NCBI GenBank assembly: GCA_963804085.1
Contig: CAWDOQ010000016.1
Span: forward strand, 75,288-139,287
DNA from: Chlamydiia bacterium
GTDB lineage: Bacteria; Chlamydiota; Chlamydiia; Chlamydiales; Rhabdochlamydiaceae
Direction: 5' to 3'
DNA length: 64,000 nt
A model generated the notes under the pieces. It was not told the DNA's origin, did no database searches, and saw only the letters and a list, made by a program, of their open reading frames with translations. Positions 39,966 to 49,732 of the stretch are shown piece after piece; within the stretch, counting starts at the first letter, position 1; each line of letters begins with the position of its first letter. The position numbers and the translations under genes were made by a program.

Positions 39966-41332
39966 CTGGAATGCATGCACTATCTCCAATACCCGATGCG
40001 GTCACCAAGATCTCCTGCAGCTACATGGATTTGAAAAGTCTAGCTAATCTTGCGAATGCGAGTAGGCGCCTTTCTGTGATGGCCCATACTTGTAACTCGG
40101 ACCTGGCAAAGATTCAGGCCGTAGCAGGTAAATGCGGCCGCGATCTGGGATTTGGCGTTACTCATGATTTTAAATCTGCTGCCCATTTCGGAATTCACAA
40201 CCAAAAATCGGATTTTAAACATTTAGCATGGAAAGAAGAGAGCGTACATTGTATGCAGCTTTTTCCTGATCAGATCCTGCTCCAAAACGCATATTCCCTA
40301 GGATCTTGTGCTCGTTATCTATTCACAAGCAATAGCGATCGCAAGAATGTGCAAGTACGCAATAGAAAAGGCGATATACTCTCCACAATAGAAGCAAAAG
40401 GGCCTCAACAAGCGATTTATTTTGCCCCTTCTCAAGGACGGGAGCAGGTCACAGTGACGGAATCTTGGACGCATAAACTCATGGTTTGGGAGATCACTCA
40501 AATAAATGCACCTCAAAAATTGGTTGAGCACTCTCTACAAGACTTAGTAAAAGATGATTCTGACTTTCAACTTACTGAAGGCTTTGAATTTGGTAATTTG
40601 CTGATCGGATCCGTGTTCTTTAATAAAACATTTCTTAAGCTTCTCTATACTTTTGATTTAAGCAACCCCGAGCTTCCACCCAAGAAGCTCGGGCATCCTA
40701 AAAACCACTTATTTGATGACGTCAAAAAACATTCCGACCAGTTATTCGGGATGACGAATGACCGAACACATATGGTTGCCTATCAGATAGTAAATGGAAG
40801 AGTAGAGCTCCTCTGGGAAACCGATGTAAAAACTTATGGCGTTGCTCGAGCATACTTGCGCCGTGTCAATGACCGGTGGGCAGTCTGCGAGCATGATAAA
40901 AGAGGTAAAAAAGACGGCATTTTGGTACTAGATGCAAAAACCGGTCAAAAACGAGGCGATTTTACCCCCTCTTTTGACGCTTACCTTTACAACTGCGAGA
41001 TATGGGGTAATGACATCCTAGTTGCAGACTTGCGAACTGGAAATAAAGTGGCTATGTGCCAGCTTCCCCTAGGAGAACCTCTTTTTGTTCTAGAACAAGA
41101 GCAATGCAAGCATCTCCTAAATAAATCTGCGAATAAACAAGAATTGACACTCGTATACCAGCAAAAGGAGAGCGAACTTGTCCGCGGCGTCAGCTGGAGC
41201 GCTCCTCTTGCTGAGACAAGCATAGCGAGCTTGCCCGCTACAGATCCTAGCTTCTTGGAAAACATCTATAGCTGCTTCGCCAAACTCTTATCCCACTTTA
41301 CGGACTTCTGGCGCTGGCTCTTCACATTCTAG
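39962..41332 (+). CDS. F-box-like protein 3 of tandem triplet
   Basis: MTGMHALSPIPDAVTKISCSYMDLKSL; termini nearly identical to protein 1; ATGA-coupled. Confidence 0.7.
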   Translation: MTGMHALSPIPDAVTKISCSYMDLKSLANLANASRRLSVMAHTCNSDLAKIQAVAGKCGRDLGFGVTHDFKSAAHFGIHNQKSDFKHLAWKEESVHCMQLFPDQILLQNAYSLGSCARYLFTSNSDRKNVQVRNRKGDILSTIEAKGPQQAIYFAPSQGREQVTVTESWTHKLMVWEITQINAPQKLVEHSLQDLVKDDSDFQLTEGFEFGNLLIGSVFFNKTFLKLLYTFDLSNPELPPKKLGHPKNHLFDDVKKHSDQLFGMTNDRTHMVAYQIVNGRVELLWETDVKTYGVARAYLRRVNDRWAVCEHDKRGKKDGILVLDAKTGQKRGDFTPSFDAYLYNCEIWGNDILVADLRTGNKVAMCQLPLGEPLFVLEQEQCKHLLNKSANKQELTLVYQQKESELVRGVSWSAPLAETSIASLPATDPSFLENIYSCFAKLLSHFTDFWRWLFTF

Positions 41333-42651
41333 AGGACTTCCGCGGCCAAAGCTGCTAGCTGCGATCTTTCCGTACGCTCTAAAAAGATATGCCCGAAGAT
41401 TGGAAACTTTTTAAATTTGCCAACGATGAATGTGAGCGCGTTGGAGTCCTTGTCCAGATAGGGATTGTCGATCTGGGTGGCATCTCCCGTAAGAATCACC
41501 TTTGTTCCTTGACCTGCGCGCGAGACGATCGTCTTTACCTCGTGAGGAGTTAGGTTTTGCGCCTCATCGATGATTATGTACATTTTGGGGAGCGATCTTC
41601 CGCGGATGTAGGTGACCGCTTCCATCTCGATTTTGCGGCTCTCCATGATCCACTTTTGCGTCTCGACACCGTTGCCCTCTCCACTCGTCGACTGGCAGAG
41701 AAACTCCAGGTTGTCATAGATCGGCTGCATCCAGTGAAAGAGCTTCTCCTCTTTTGTGCCGGGAAGATAGCCGATATCTTTTCCAAGTGGGATGACAGGC
41801 CGGCTGACTAAAATACGTGTGTAGAGCGCCTCGTCGAACACCTTGCGTAAACCTGCGGCTAGCGCCATCAACGTCTTGCCTGTTCCTGCCGGCCCGACTA
41901 GAGTTACAAGTTTTATATCATCGCGTAAAAGAAGATCGAGCGCGCACTTTTGTTCTAGGTTAAGTGGCAAAATTCCCCAGATATCACGCGCGATTTTGAG
42001 GAGAGGCTCCAACCGCTTTGTAGTGGGGTTATATTTGGCAATAGCTGAGGACTGCTCGGGAGAGGTAAGCATGCAGTATTCGTTGGGAAGAAAGTCTGTG
42101 ATTTGTGTAGCAAGAGAGCCATCTTTAAAAAATAGATCGATATCTCTTTTTGGGACCTCTATTTTTCTGTATCCGCGATACATCTTCTCATAGGAGTCCT
42201 TCATGCTTTCATAGTCTTGCGCTTCGATGCCGATCGCTTCGGCTTTAAGACGCATGACAGAGTCTTTTGAGACGAGGACCACCTTTTGCCCTGCACCCTG
42301 AAGCTGAAAGGCATTATATAAAATGCGATGGTCGTTGCGATCTTGTGAAAGAGGGAAGGGCCTTTTATCACCCGCTATTCCCTTCATCTCTATCAGGACG
42401 CGGACCACGATCCCATTTTCGATCTCGATCCCTGTGTGGAGATTGGCACCCGGCCGTTTTAGCTTAAGACTATCTAGATAGCGGACCACATGGCGCGCAT
42501 TCTTCCCAAGCTCATCGGAGAGGCGCTTCATCTTATCGAGCTCCTCTAAAACGGCAAGAGAGAGAACCACATCATTGCCCTTAAATTTTCCAATAGCATC
42601 GGGATCTTGTAATAGAACGTTGGTATCGACGACAAAGGTTTTCCTATCCAC
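41329..42651 (-). CDS. phoH: PIN-PhoH (PhoH2) ATPase
   Basis: VVDTNVLL PIN domain, GPAGTGKT, IGYLPG, YIRGRS, IIDEAQN, GD..QID; GTG start after AAGGAG. Confidence 0.93.
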   Translation of the reverse strand: MDRKTFVVDTNVLLQDPDAIGKFKGNDVVLSLAVLEELDKMKRLSDELGKNARHVVRYLDSLKLKRPGANLHTGIEIENGIVVRVLIEMKGIAGDKRPFPLSQDRNDHRILYNAFQLQGAGQKVVLVSKDSVMRLKAEAIGIEAQDYESMKDSYEKMYRGYRKIEVPKRDIDLFFKDGSLATQITDFLPNEYCMLTSPEQSSAIAKYNPTTKRLEPLLKIARDIWGILPLNLEQKCALDLLLRDDIKLVTLVGPAGTGKTLMALAAGLRKVFDEALYTRILVSRPVIPLGKDIGYLPGTKEEKLFHWMQPIYDNLEFLCQSTSGEGNGVETQKWIMESRKIEMEAVTYIRGRSLPKMYIIIDEAQNLTPHEVKTIVSRAGQGTKVILTGDATQIDNPYLDKDSNALTFIVGKFKKFPIFGHIFLERTERSQLAALAAEVL

Positions 42652-42916
42652 TAAAGACTCCTTAGAGTGTGTTTGCAAAGTCATTTCATTTATCTGTAGC
42701 ACCGGGTATACACTCGCTTAAAATTATTACTACCACAAGCTGGAGCATATACAGCTCGATATCACAAAACAATCATTTTTACTAATGTATTTACAATCAA
42801 TAACTTATAAAACAAATTCAGCAATCCAAACAGGCAACTGCTAAATTTATTGACCTTGAAAACCCCTTTCTGTAGAATGGCATTTAAAATGATCTAATTT
42901 TTATTGAGGAGACTCT

Positions 42917-43597
42917 ATGAAAGTAAACAATAAAGTATTAAGCATCCCTCCTTACATTTCTACTTCATGGCAAAACGTCGCTTCCCTACACGTCGAAAAC
43001 AGACAGTCTCACCCACTTCTCGTGATCAATCTTCATTCGGGTGCGCACATTGAGATACCCCAATTGGACTTTCCGCTTATCGACGCCATCTTTAATGCGC
43101 ACGCTAAGTTCTTAGAACAGGAGCAGCTCTCCATCTCCTTTAAAGGTCCTTTTCCTCCGGGCGCTCTTGCTATGGGTGGACCTGCCGGCATGGAAAGTAT
43201 CGGTTTTGTGCAGCACAACCCGGATCAAAAAGATGCTCCCGAACTTCCACCCGAAGTGCTCAGCAAGATCGCCCTGCTAGCAAATACCATGAGTCCGCAA
43301 GATCTCGCCTCTTTACCCCAAGCAGAGCCTCATTGCAACTGCCCGCACTGTCAGATCACCCGCGCTATGCAGGAGGCGATCCAAAATGGAGATCCTGTCT
43401 TATCAGATGAAGAAGCGGTTACAGAAGAGGATCTTCGCTTCCGCACATGGGATATCCACAAAGCTGCGGACAAACTCTACGTTGTTACAAATCCTTTGAA
43501 TGAGAAGGAAAAGTACAACGTCTATCTCGGAAATCCCGTCGGTTGCACCTGCGGAGAGAACGGTTGTGAACACGTCCAAGCTGTCCTGAAAAGTTAA
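42917..43597 (+). CDS. Conserved chlamydial hypothetical protein (CT016-like) with Cys/His metal motifs
   Basis: LSIPPYISTSW, HCNCPHCQI, GCTCG..CEH (SWIM-like); recalled CT015-CT017 gene order. Confidence 0.7.
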   Translation: MKVNNKVLSIPPYISTSWQNVASLHVENRQSHPLLVINLHSGAHIEIPQLDFPLIDAIFNAHAKFLEQEQLSISFKGPFPPGALAMGGPAGMESIGFVQHNPDQKDAPELPPEVLSKIALLANTMSPQDLASLPQAEPHCNCPHCQITRAMQEAIQNGDPVLSDEEAVTEEDLRFRTWDIHKAADKLYVVTNPLNEKEKYNVYLGNPVGCTCGENGCEHVQAVLKS

Positions 43598-43676
43598 GCA
43601 GCTCTCTTTTTTATGGTGTAAAAAAAAGCCACCTCCTAGAATGGCGTTTTAGTATAAATTAGGAGGAGCTACAACC

Positions 43677-44936
43677 ATGTCTAGGTTTTCAACGTTTTTT
43701 GCTGCATCACTTTGCACTTTCTCTTTAACAAGTCTCGTTGCAGATGAGGTAAGCTCTCTGCCCTTAGCAACGGAAGAGATCGCACTGCCTGTCGTGGCCG
43801 CTGACACCTCTTCTGCAACATTGGCAGCTCCCGTTCAAGCAGACGCCAAGCAAGAGGCAGTAGCTGCTGCACCTGCCGCTCCTAAAGCACAAGAGATCCC
43901 CGTCTCCCCTTTCACCGGAAAAGTGAAAGCAAAAAAAGTGAGACTCCGATTAAAAGCCGATCTGGACAGCCAAGTGATCCGCGAGCTTGGCAAAAATGAT
44001 CTTCTCTCCGTTGTTGCAGAGAAGGGAGATTTCTGGGTGGTGCAAGCTCCGGCTGGCATCAAAGCCTACGTCTTCCGCAGCTTTGTACTCGACAATGTGG
44101 TAGAAGGCAACCGCGTCAATGTGCGCTTAAATCCTGCCTTAGACGCTCCTGTCATTGCCCATCTCAATGCGGGCGACAAGATTCAAGGCAACATCTGTGC
44201 TGCTAACAACAAATGGCTCGAGATCGCGCCTCCTGCGCAAACAAAGTTTTATGTGGCTAAAGAGTATATCGAAAATGCCGGTGGACCGGAAGTAATGGCA
44301 CAAACAGAGAAACGCCGCACATCTGCGCATCAGCTCTTTGAGAGCGCTACAGCACTCGGCAAAGCAGAGCTCAAAAAAGCTTTTGCTGATGTGGACATCG
44401 ACCGCCCTTCTCAGTGCTACAAGACGATCATCAACGACTACACAGACTTCCCGGAGTATGTCGAGCAAGCTAAAGAAGCACTTGCCGGCTTGCAAGAGGC
44501 CTATTTGCAAAAAAGGATCTCTGGCTCACATGCAAAAGCAACTTCACTTGATGAAGATTTCTCTTTCAAAAAAGAGGAGCGCACCTCTGTTTCTGCGCTC
44601 GACGCCACAGATAAGATGAAGATGTGGGAGCCGATTGAAGATGCGATCTACCTCTCTTGGACCTCTATGAACGAAGAGCAGAGTATCGACCAGTTCTACG
44701 ATGAGCAGAAGCTGACAGCTGCAACGATCTCCGGCATGCTCGAAGCTTACAGCGATCCTGTGAGAAACAAGCCGGGCGACTTTATCGTGCGCCAAGGCGA
44801 GCTTCCTGTAGCTTACGTCTACAGCACGAGTGTCAATCTGCAAAATCTTGTCGGGAAAAAGGTGACCCTCGTAGGCACACCTAGACCCAACAACAACTTT
44901 GCCTTCCCTGCTTTCTACGTCCTCTCAGCTGAGTAG
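43677..44936 (+). CDS. Exported SH3b-domain protein (CT017/Ctad1-like)
   Basis: Signal peptide, KVRLR and RVNVR..P SH3b-like repeats, C-terminal RPNNNFAFPAFYVL. Confidence 0.75.
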   Translation: MSRFSTFFAASLCTFSLTSLVADEVSSLPLATEEIALPVVAADTSSATLAAPVQADAKQEAVAAAPAAPKAQEIPVSPFTGKVKAKKVRLRLKADLDSQVIRELGKNDLLSVVAEKGDFWVVQAPAGIKAYVFRSFVLDNVVEGNRVNVRLNPALDAPVIAHLNAGDKIQGNICAANNKWLEIAPPAQTKFYVAKEYIENAGGPEVMAQTEKRRTSAHQLFESATALGKAELKKAFADVDIDRPSQCYKTIINDYTDFPEYVEQAKEALAGLQEAYLQKRISGSHAKATSLDEDFSFKKEERTSVSALDATDKMKMWEPIEDAIYLSWTSMNEEQSIDQFYDEQKLTAATISGMLEAYSDPVRNKPGDFIVRQGELPVAYVYSTSVNLQNLVGKKVTLVGTPRPNNNFAFPAFYVLSAE

Positions 44937-44943
44937 TCTTCTA

Positions 44944-45059
44944 TGGAGTGCGGCGACTTGTCGCCGCTTTTCTCCGCCGGGACTTGTCACGGCGCTTTAC
45001 GAAAAAAGAGCAGCGACAAGTCGCTGTCTGTGAAAGCGGTGACAAGTCACCGCACTCCA
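44944..45059. repeat. REP doublet (GGAGTGCGGCGAC..GTCGCCGCTTT family)
   Basis: Palindromic units in inverted orientation; second copy at 48398-48518. Confidence 0.85.
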
Positions 45060-45070
45060 AATTAAGAGTT

Positions 45071-45846
45071 ATGGAATTAGAGAATGGGCGACGCGCATCT
45101 TAAGCGCAGACACATTAGAGGAAAAGCTGCTAGATCCGGGAACTTTCACCGATAACGATCCAGGACCTGCGCTTTTCTGGAAAGAGCCTGTTCGCCCGGC
45201 TAACATGTCCTTCAAACGGCATACAAGCAAAGAAAAACTTCCCACCTTTGCCGATCATGGCGACCCTGACAAGCGCGCGGTCTGTCTGCACCGTTTTGCA
45301 GGGCATGAACTTCTCGCTGTCGAGATCATGGCCTATGCGCTACTCGCATTTCCTGACGCTCCTAAACACTTCAGACGCGGCGTGGCCAATACTTTGCGCG
45401 AAGAGCAGGGGCATGTGATGCTCTACATAAAGAGGATGGAGGAGATGGGGCTAAAATTTGGCGACCTTCCCCTCTATCGCCACTTCTGGTCGCACGTTCC
45501 CTTTCTCACCTCACCTATTCGCTACATCAGCGTGATGAGCCTTACCTTTGAGATGGCAAACCTCGACTTTGCTCCGCTCTACGGCAACTCCTTTTTAAAG
45601 CATGGGGATGAGGCATCCGCGCTCTTAATGAAGCAGATTTTGGAAGATGAGATCGCTCACGTCTCCTTCGGATGGGGCTGGCTGAAAAAATTCAAAAAAG
45701 AGGAGCTCTCCACTTGGGAGGCTTGGCGAGAAAGCGCGCCGCCCCTCCTTACCCCCGATCGCGCTCGCGGCTTGGTCGTATTTGAAGAGAATCGACAAAA
45801 AGCTGGCATTCCGCCAGAATGGATAGAAAATTTTAAAATGCTATGA
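45071..45846 (+). CDS. Ferritin-like DUF455 family protein (1-bp frameshift near 45079)
   Basis: LHRFAGHELLAVE, EEQGH, FEMANLD, DEIAHV di-metal ligands; MEL(R)EWATRIL reconstructed upstream of ORF 45205. Confidence 0.8.
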
Positions 45847-47360
45847 AACTCGCTTCCATCCAGTCTTGTGCCTTTGTCGGATTAGAGGCGCTTGCGGTCG
45901 ATGTGGAAGCAGACACAAAGAAAGAAGAGAAAGGCTTCTTCCTCATTGTCGGGCTTCCCGATACGGCCGTTAAAGAGTCGAAAGACCGCGTCCTGACCGC
46001 TCTTAAAAACTCCCATTTTAAATGCGACGGATGGCAGTGCACACTCAACTTAGCTCCCGCCGACCTTAAAAAAGAGGGAGCGCTCTACGACCTTCCGATT
46101 GCGCTCGCACTACTTCTTTCGCAAGGGATCATCAAAGAAACAAATCAGCACGATTACCTAACCGTGGGCGAACTATCGCTTAGTGGCGAGACGCGCCCGA
46201 TGCGAGGCGCCCTTCCCGCAACTCTTCTTGCGCGCAAGATGGGCAAACGCGGGATCATCCTTCCCAAAGCCAACTACGAAGAAGCGCAAGCTGTTCCCGA
46301 TATCGAGATCATTGGTGTGGGGACACTTTTGGAGGCGGTCGAGTTTTTAAAAAATCCTAGCTTATACTCCCCTCCCAAAAGCAGCACTCTGCAAAAAAGC
46401 CAGTCTAAATCTGCGACTCTGGATCTTGCCGAGATCAAGGGACAGCTACAAGTGAAGCGCGCACTAGAAATTGCAGCAGCAGGAGGACACAATCTCCTCT
46501 TTTATGGACCGCCAGGAACCGGCAAAACACTCATCGCCAAAGCGATGGCGGGCATCTTGCCTCCCCTTTCTCTTGAAGAGGCGCTCGAGGTGACGCAGAT
46601 CCATTCGCTCGCAGGTCTTTTGCAAGAGGGTGGACTGGTTGAGAAGAGGCCTTTTCGCAATCCGCATCATACAATAAGCGCTGTCGGCATGGTCGGAGGA
46701 GGCAAGATGCCGCGCCCGGGCGAACTCTCCCTATCTCATCGCGGCGTCCTCTTTTTGGATGAGCTCCCTGAATTTTCTCGCTACACATTGGAAGTGCTGA
46801 GGCAGCCTTTAGAAAATGGATCTGTCACCGTCTCGCGTGCAAGTGCATCAGTTACATTTCCGACGCAGTGTCTGCTGATCGCTGCGATGAACCCGTGCCC
46901 CTGCGGCTTTCTTGGCCACCCGCAGAAGCCGTGCAAAGACACCCCCTCTCAGATCCAGCGCTACCGCAGCAAGATCTCCGGCCCACTTCTCGATAGGATC
47001 GACATGCACATCGCCGTCTCCCCTCTTTCGTTTGATGAGATGCAGCTTGGAAAAGAAAAGAGCGAGAGCTCAGAGACAGTGCAAGCAAGAGTGATCCTTG
47101 CGCGTGAAAAGCAAAAAGAGCGTTACCGGAGTATAAAGTGCAATGCACACATCTCGCCACAAGAGCTCCAAGAGCACTGCCAACTTCAAAAAAGCTCGCT
47201 CTCGCTCATGCGCCAAGCAATGGACAGCTTGAGCCTATCTGCACGCGCCTACCACCGCGTTTTAAAAGTGGCACGCACGATCGCCGACCTCGCCTCGCTT
47301 CCCCATATCGAAGAGGAGCACCTCATGGAGGCGCTCAGCTACCGCTCTTGGGATAGTTAA
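45843..47360 (+). CDS. comM: YifB/ComM Mg-chelatase-like AAA ATPase
   Basis: IVGLPD.AVKES..RV, NLAPADLKKEG, GPPGTGKT, FRNPHH, LFLDE, AMNPCPCG, SARAYHR. Confidence 0.95.
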   Translation: MKLASIQSCAFVGLEALAVDVEADTKKEEKGFFLIVGLPDTAVKESKDRVLTALKNSHFKCDGWQCTLNLAPADLKKEGALYDLPIALALLLSQGIIKETNQHDYLTVGELSLSGETRPMRGALPATLLARKMGKRGIILPKANYEEAQAVPDIEIIGVGTLLEAVEFLKNPSLYSPPKSSTLQKSQSKSATLDLAEIKGQLQVKRALEIAAAGGHNLLFYGPPGTGKTLIAKAMAGILPPLSLEEALEVTQIHSLAGLLQEGGLVEKRPFRNPHHTISAVGMVGGGKMPRPGELSLSHRGVLFLDELPEFSRYTLEVLRQPLENGSVTVSRASASVTFPTQCLLIAAMNPCPCGFLGHPQKPCKDTPSQIQRYRSKISGPLLDRIDMHIAVSPLSFDEMQLGKEKSESSETVQARVILAREKQKERYRSIKCNAHISPQELQEHCQLQKSSLSLMRQAMDSLSLSARAYHRVLKVARTIADLASLPHIEEEHLMEALSYRSWDS

Positions 47361-47364
47361 AGCT

Positions 47365-48324
47365 TTACGCTGGAAATGTTTCTGCCACGCCGAGCGACGA
47401 ATCATTATATCTGAAGTTTTTGGACGCGTAAACATCAAGAGCACCAAGAGCACCTAGAGTGGAGTTGCCAACAGCCACATACTTAGGATCGTCCGGGGAT
47501 TCTTCGTCTTCTATAATGTCGCAGGTGCGCGTACGGATCCAGTTGGGTGCTCCAGGAAAGAGACAGATCTTATAGCAGGCATAGTGGGCAACTGTGCTTA
47601 CTGTGATCCAGAGCGCTTTTCCAAGCTTTTGCGGGTAATCGCGTCTTACCTGAAAGGCATTCTTTGCGCGACTACCTGGATCTACATCCTTTTGCATCCA
47701 AACCCATAGGGATTTGCCCTGAGCTTCGTGTCCTCTTTTTTGTGAAACAAATGGCCAAATATTCAACCGCATACCGCTCTTTTCTGCAATAGGCGCGAAG
47801 GTGTTAAAGCAAAGCGGCTCTCCATTCACAGTAGCGGGAATCAAGGTCAGCGTATGAGTCTCTTTTAGCTTGGCAACTGTTCTGTGGATGCGAGCAGATA
47901 GGCGCGGTGCGATTCCCGGATCTGCTTTTAAATGCTCTTTCCACTCTTTAACGCCAAAAGCCATAGAAGGAGGGACAGGATTAGAAAAGGCCTCTTTGTG
48001 CTTGCCTTCGGGAAGTGTGTAGCTCACTTGCTCTCGCGTGCATAGGACTTGCCAGACTCTATCCGGCATCTTCCACCCTTTACAAACCGTTTCGCATCTT
48101 CCTATCTCTTCTGGTTCCAGGAACATCATGGTCTGGCGAAAAGCATCCGGATAGTCTCGCGCGATATTAACGCTAGCAGGTAGTTCAGCAAAAAGCTGGC
48201 TTATCCAGGCGCAAATCGCATTCCAGATTGCAGCAATGCGATCGATTAGCTCTAGATAGCAGGGATTTTCTTCTATTATTGTTGAGCCTGATTTTATAGG
48301 ATTTAAACCTATTGCTTGTGTCAT
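47365..48324 (-). CDS. F-box-like protein (candidate effector)
   Basis: YPDAFRQTMMFLEPEEIGRCETVCKGWK F-box-like segment, preceded by an aromatic amphipathic helix. Confidence 0.65.
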   Translation of the reverse strand: MTQAIGLNPIKSGSTIIEENPCYLELIDRIAAIWNAICAWISQLFAELPASVNIARDYPDAFRQTMMFLEPEEIGRCETVCKGWKMPDRVWQVLCTREQVSYTLPEGKHKEAFSNPVPPSMAFGVKEWKEHLKADPGIAPRLSARIHRTVAKLKETHTLTLIPATVNGEPLCFNTFAPIAEKSGMRLNIWPFVSQKRGHEAQGKSLWVWMQKDVDPGSRAKNAFQVRRDYPQKLGKALWITVSTVAHYACYKICLFPGAPNWIRTRTCDIIEDEESPDDPKYVAVGNSTLGALGALDVYASKNFRYNDSSLGVAETFPA

Positions 48325-48397
48325 AGACGAGAATTATACCAGAATGATGAGAAACATCAAAACAGTAACGCGTAGTAATAATAAAGATTTTATTAGG

Positions 48398-48518
48398 TAT
48401 GGAGTGCGGCGACTCGTCGCCGCTTTTCTCTGCCACGACTTGTCGCGGCATATCTTGAAGAGAAGAGCAGCGACGAGTCGCTGTCTATGAAAGCGGCAAC
48501 GAGTCGCCGCACTCCATA
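48398..48518. repeat. REP doublet, copy 2
   Basis: TATGGAGTGCGGCGACTCG...CGAGTCGCCGCACTCCATA. Confidence 0.85.
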
Positions 48519-48578
48519 TAAGAAGGATCAACTCTTCAGGGCTAACAATTCTTTTAATGACCTAAGAGACATAAAGGA

Positions 48579-49730
48579 CTAAAGGACGGAATTAGTGTCG
48601 TTTGCGTCTTTTTGGTCGTTTAGGTCGTTTCTCGGCACTTTATCGATGCGCTCCAAGGTTTCGAAGTCTAGCGTTGTCGAAGCTGCTCCCATCTCTTGAA
48701 ACTTGCGGGCGGTGACGAGCACGCGCGATTCGAGCGAGCCCATCGCCTTGTTGTAGGCGTCGATCGCAGAGGAGAGTCCGCGGCCCATCTTGGTCCAGTG
48801 GCCACTCATGTCGACAAGGCGCTTATACATCTCGTGGCCGAGCTCGCGCACCTCTTCAGCATGGCGCGAAAGACTCTCCTGCTTCCAGCCATAAGCTACC
48901 GAGCGCAGAAGAGCGATCAGTGTGGTAGGTGTTGCCAGAATCACATTGCTATCTGCCCCGACTTCGATCAGAGCGGGATCAAATTCGAGCGCTGCGCTAA
49001 AGAATGTCTCGGCAGGCAAAAAGAGAACGACAAATTCTGGCGTGGGTTGAAAGCGCTCCCAGTAGGCTTTTTTGCTCAAGCTTGCCATGTGTTGTCTTAT
49101 CTGACGCGCATGGTCGCGCATCTTAGCTTCTTTTGCTTTTTCATCTTGCATGTGGATCGCTTCGAGATAGGCTTCGAGCGGTGCTTTTGCATCGACTACC
49201 ACCTGCCTTCCGCCGGGGAGATGCACGATCAGGTCGGGTCTTAGATTTCCCTCTTCATGCATGCCGCTCTGCTGCTCAAAAAAGTCGCAGTGGCTGAGCA
49301 TGCCGGCAAGTTCCACCACACGTCTTAGTTGGATCTCTCCCCATCTTCCGCGCGCGAGTGGCGAGCGAAGGGCTTTCACTAGATTGGCTGTCTCATGGCG
49401 CAGCTCTTTTTCTGTTTGCAAAAGCGCACGCACTTGTTCTTGCAAAACAACATGGTCTCCCTTGCGCTCTTTTTCAAGCTGCTGCATGCCTAGGCTGATC
49501 TTGCTTAAGGTCTCTTTGACAGGGGCGACCATCTCGGTCGCAAGATCTATGAAAGAGCGGTTGTTTTTTTCTAGAGCATCGTGGGAGAGCGCTTTGAATG
49601 TCTCGGCCATGCTCTTATTCTCCTGCTCAGAAAAGGAGAGACGCAAAACTGCCTCCTTCTTTTTTTCTCTTTCACGTATCCAGAGCCACAAAAGAACAAA
49701 AACAGCGAGACATAAAGCGTATAGGAGCAT
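48579..49730 (-). CDS. rmuC: DNA recombination protein RmuC
   Basis: RGRWGEIQLRRVVELAG, RPDLIVHLPG...VDAKAP, FVVLFLP.E, ATPTTL. Confidence 0.95.
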   Translation of the reverse strand: MLLYALCLAVFVLLWLWIREREKKKEAVLRLSFSEQENKSMAETFKALSHDALEKNNRSFIDLATEMVAPVKETLSKISLGMQQLEKERKGDHVVLQEQVRALLQTEKELRHETANLVKALRSPLARGRWGEIQLRRVVELAGMLSHCDFFEQQSGMHEEGNLRPDLIVHLPGGRQVVVDAKAPLEAYLEAIHMQDEKAKEAKMRDHARQIRQHMASLSKKAYWERFQPTPEFVVLFLPAETFFSAALEFDPALIEVGADSNVILATPTTLIALLRSVAYGWKQESLSRHAEEVRELGHEMYKRLVDMSGHWTKMGRGLSSAIDAYNKAMGSLESRVLVTARKFQEMGAASTTLDFETLERIDKVPRNDLNDQKDANDTNSVL

Positions 49731-49732
49731 CT

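Noticed and set aside
37213..41332. Diversity-generating retroelement behind the paralog variation
   Set aside because: No reverse transcriptase and no template/variable repeat pair with adenine-specific differences seen.
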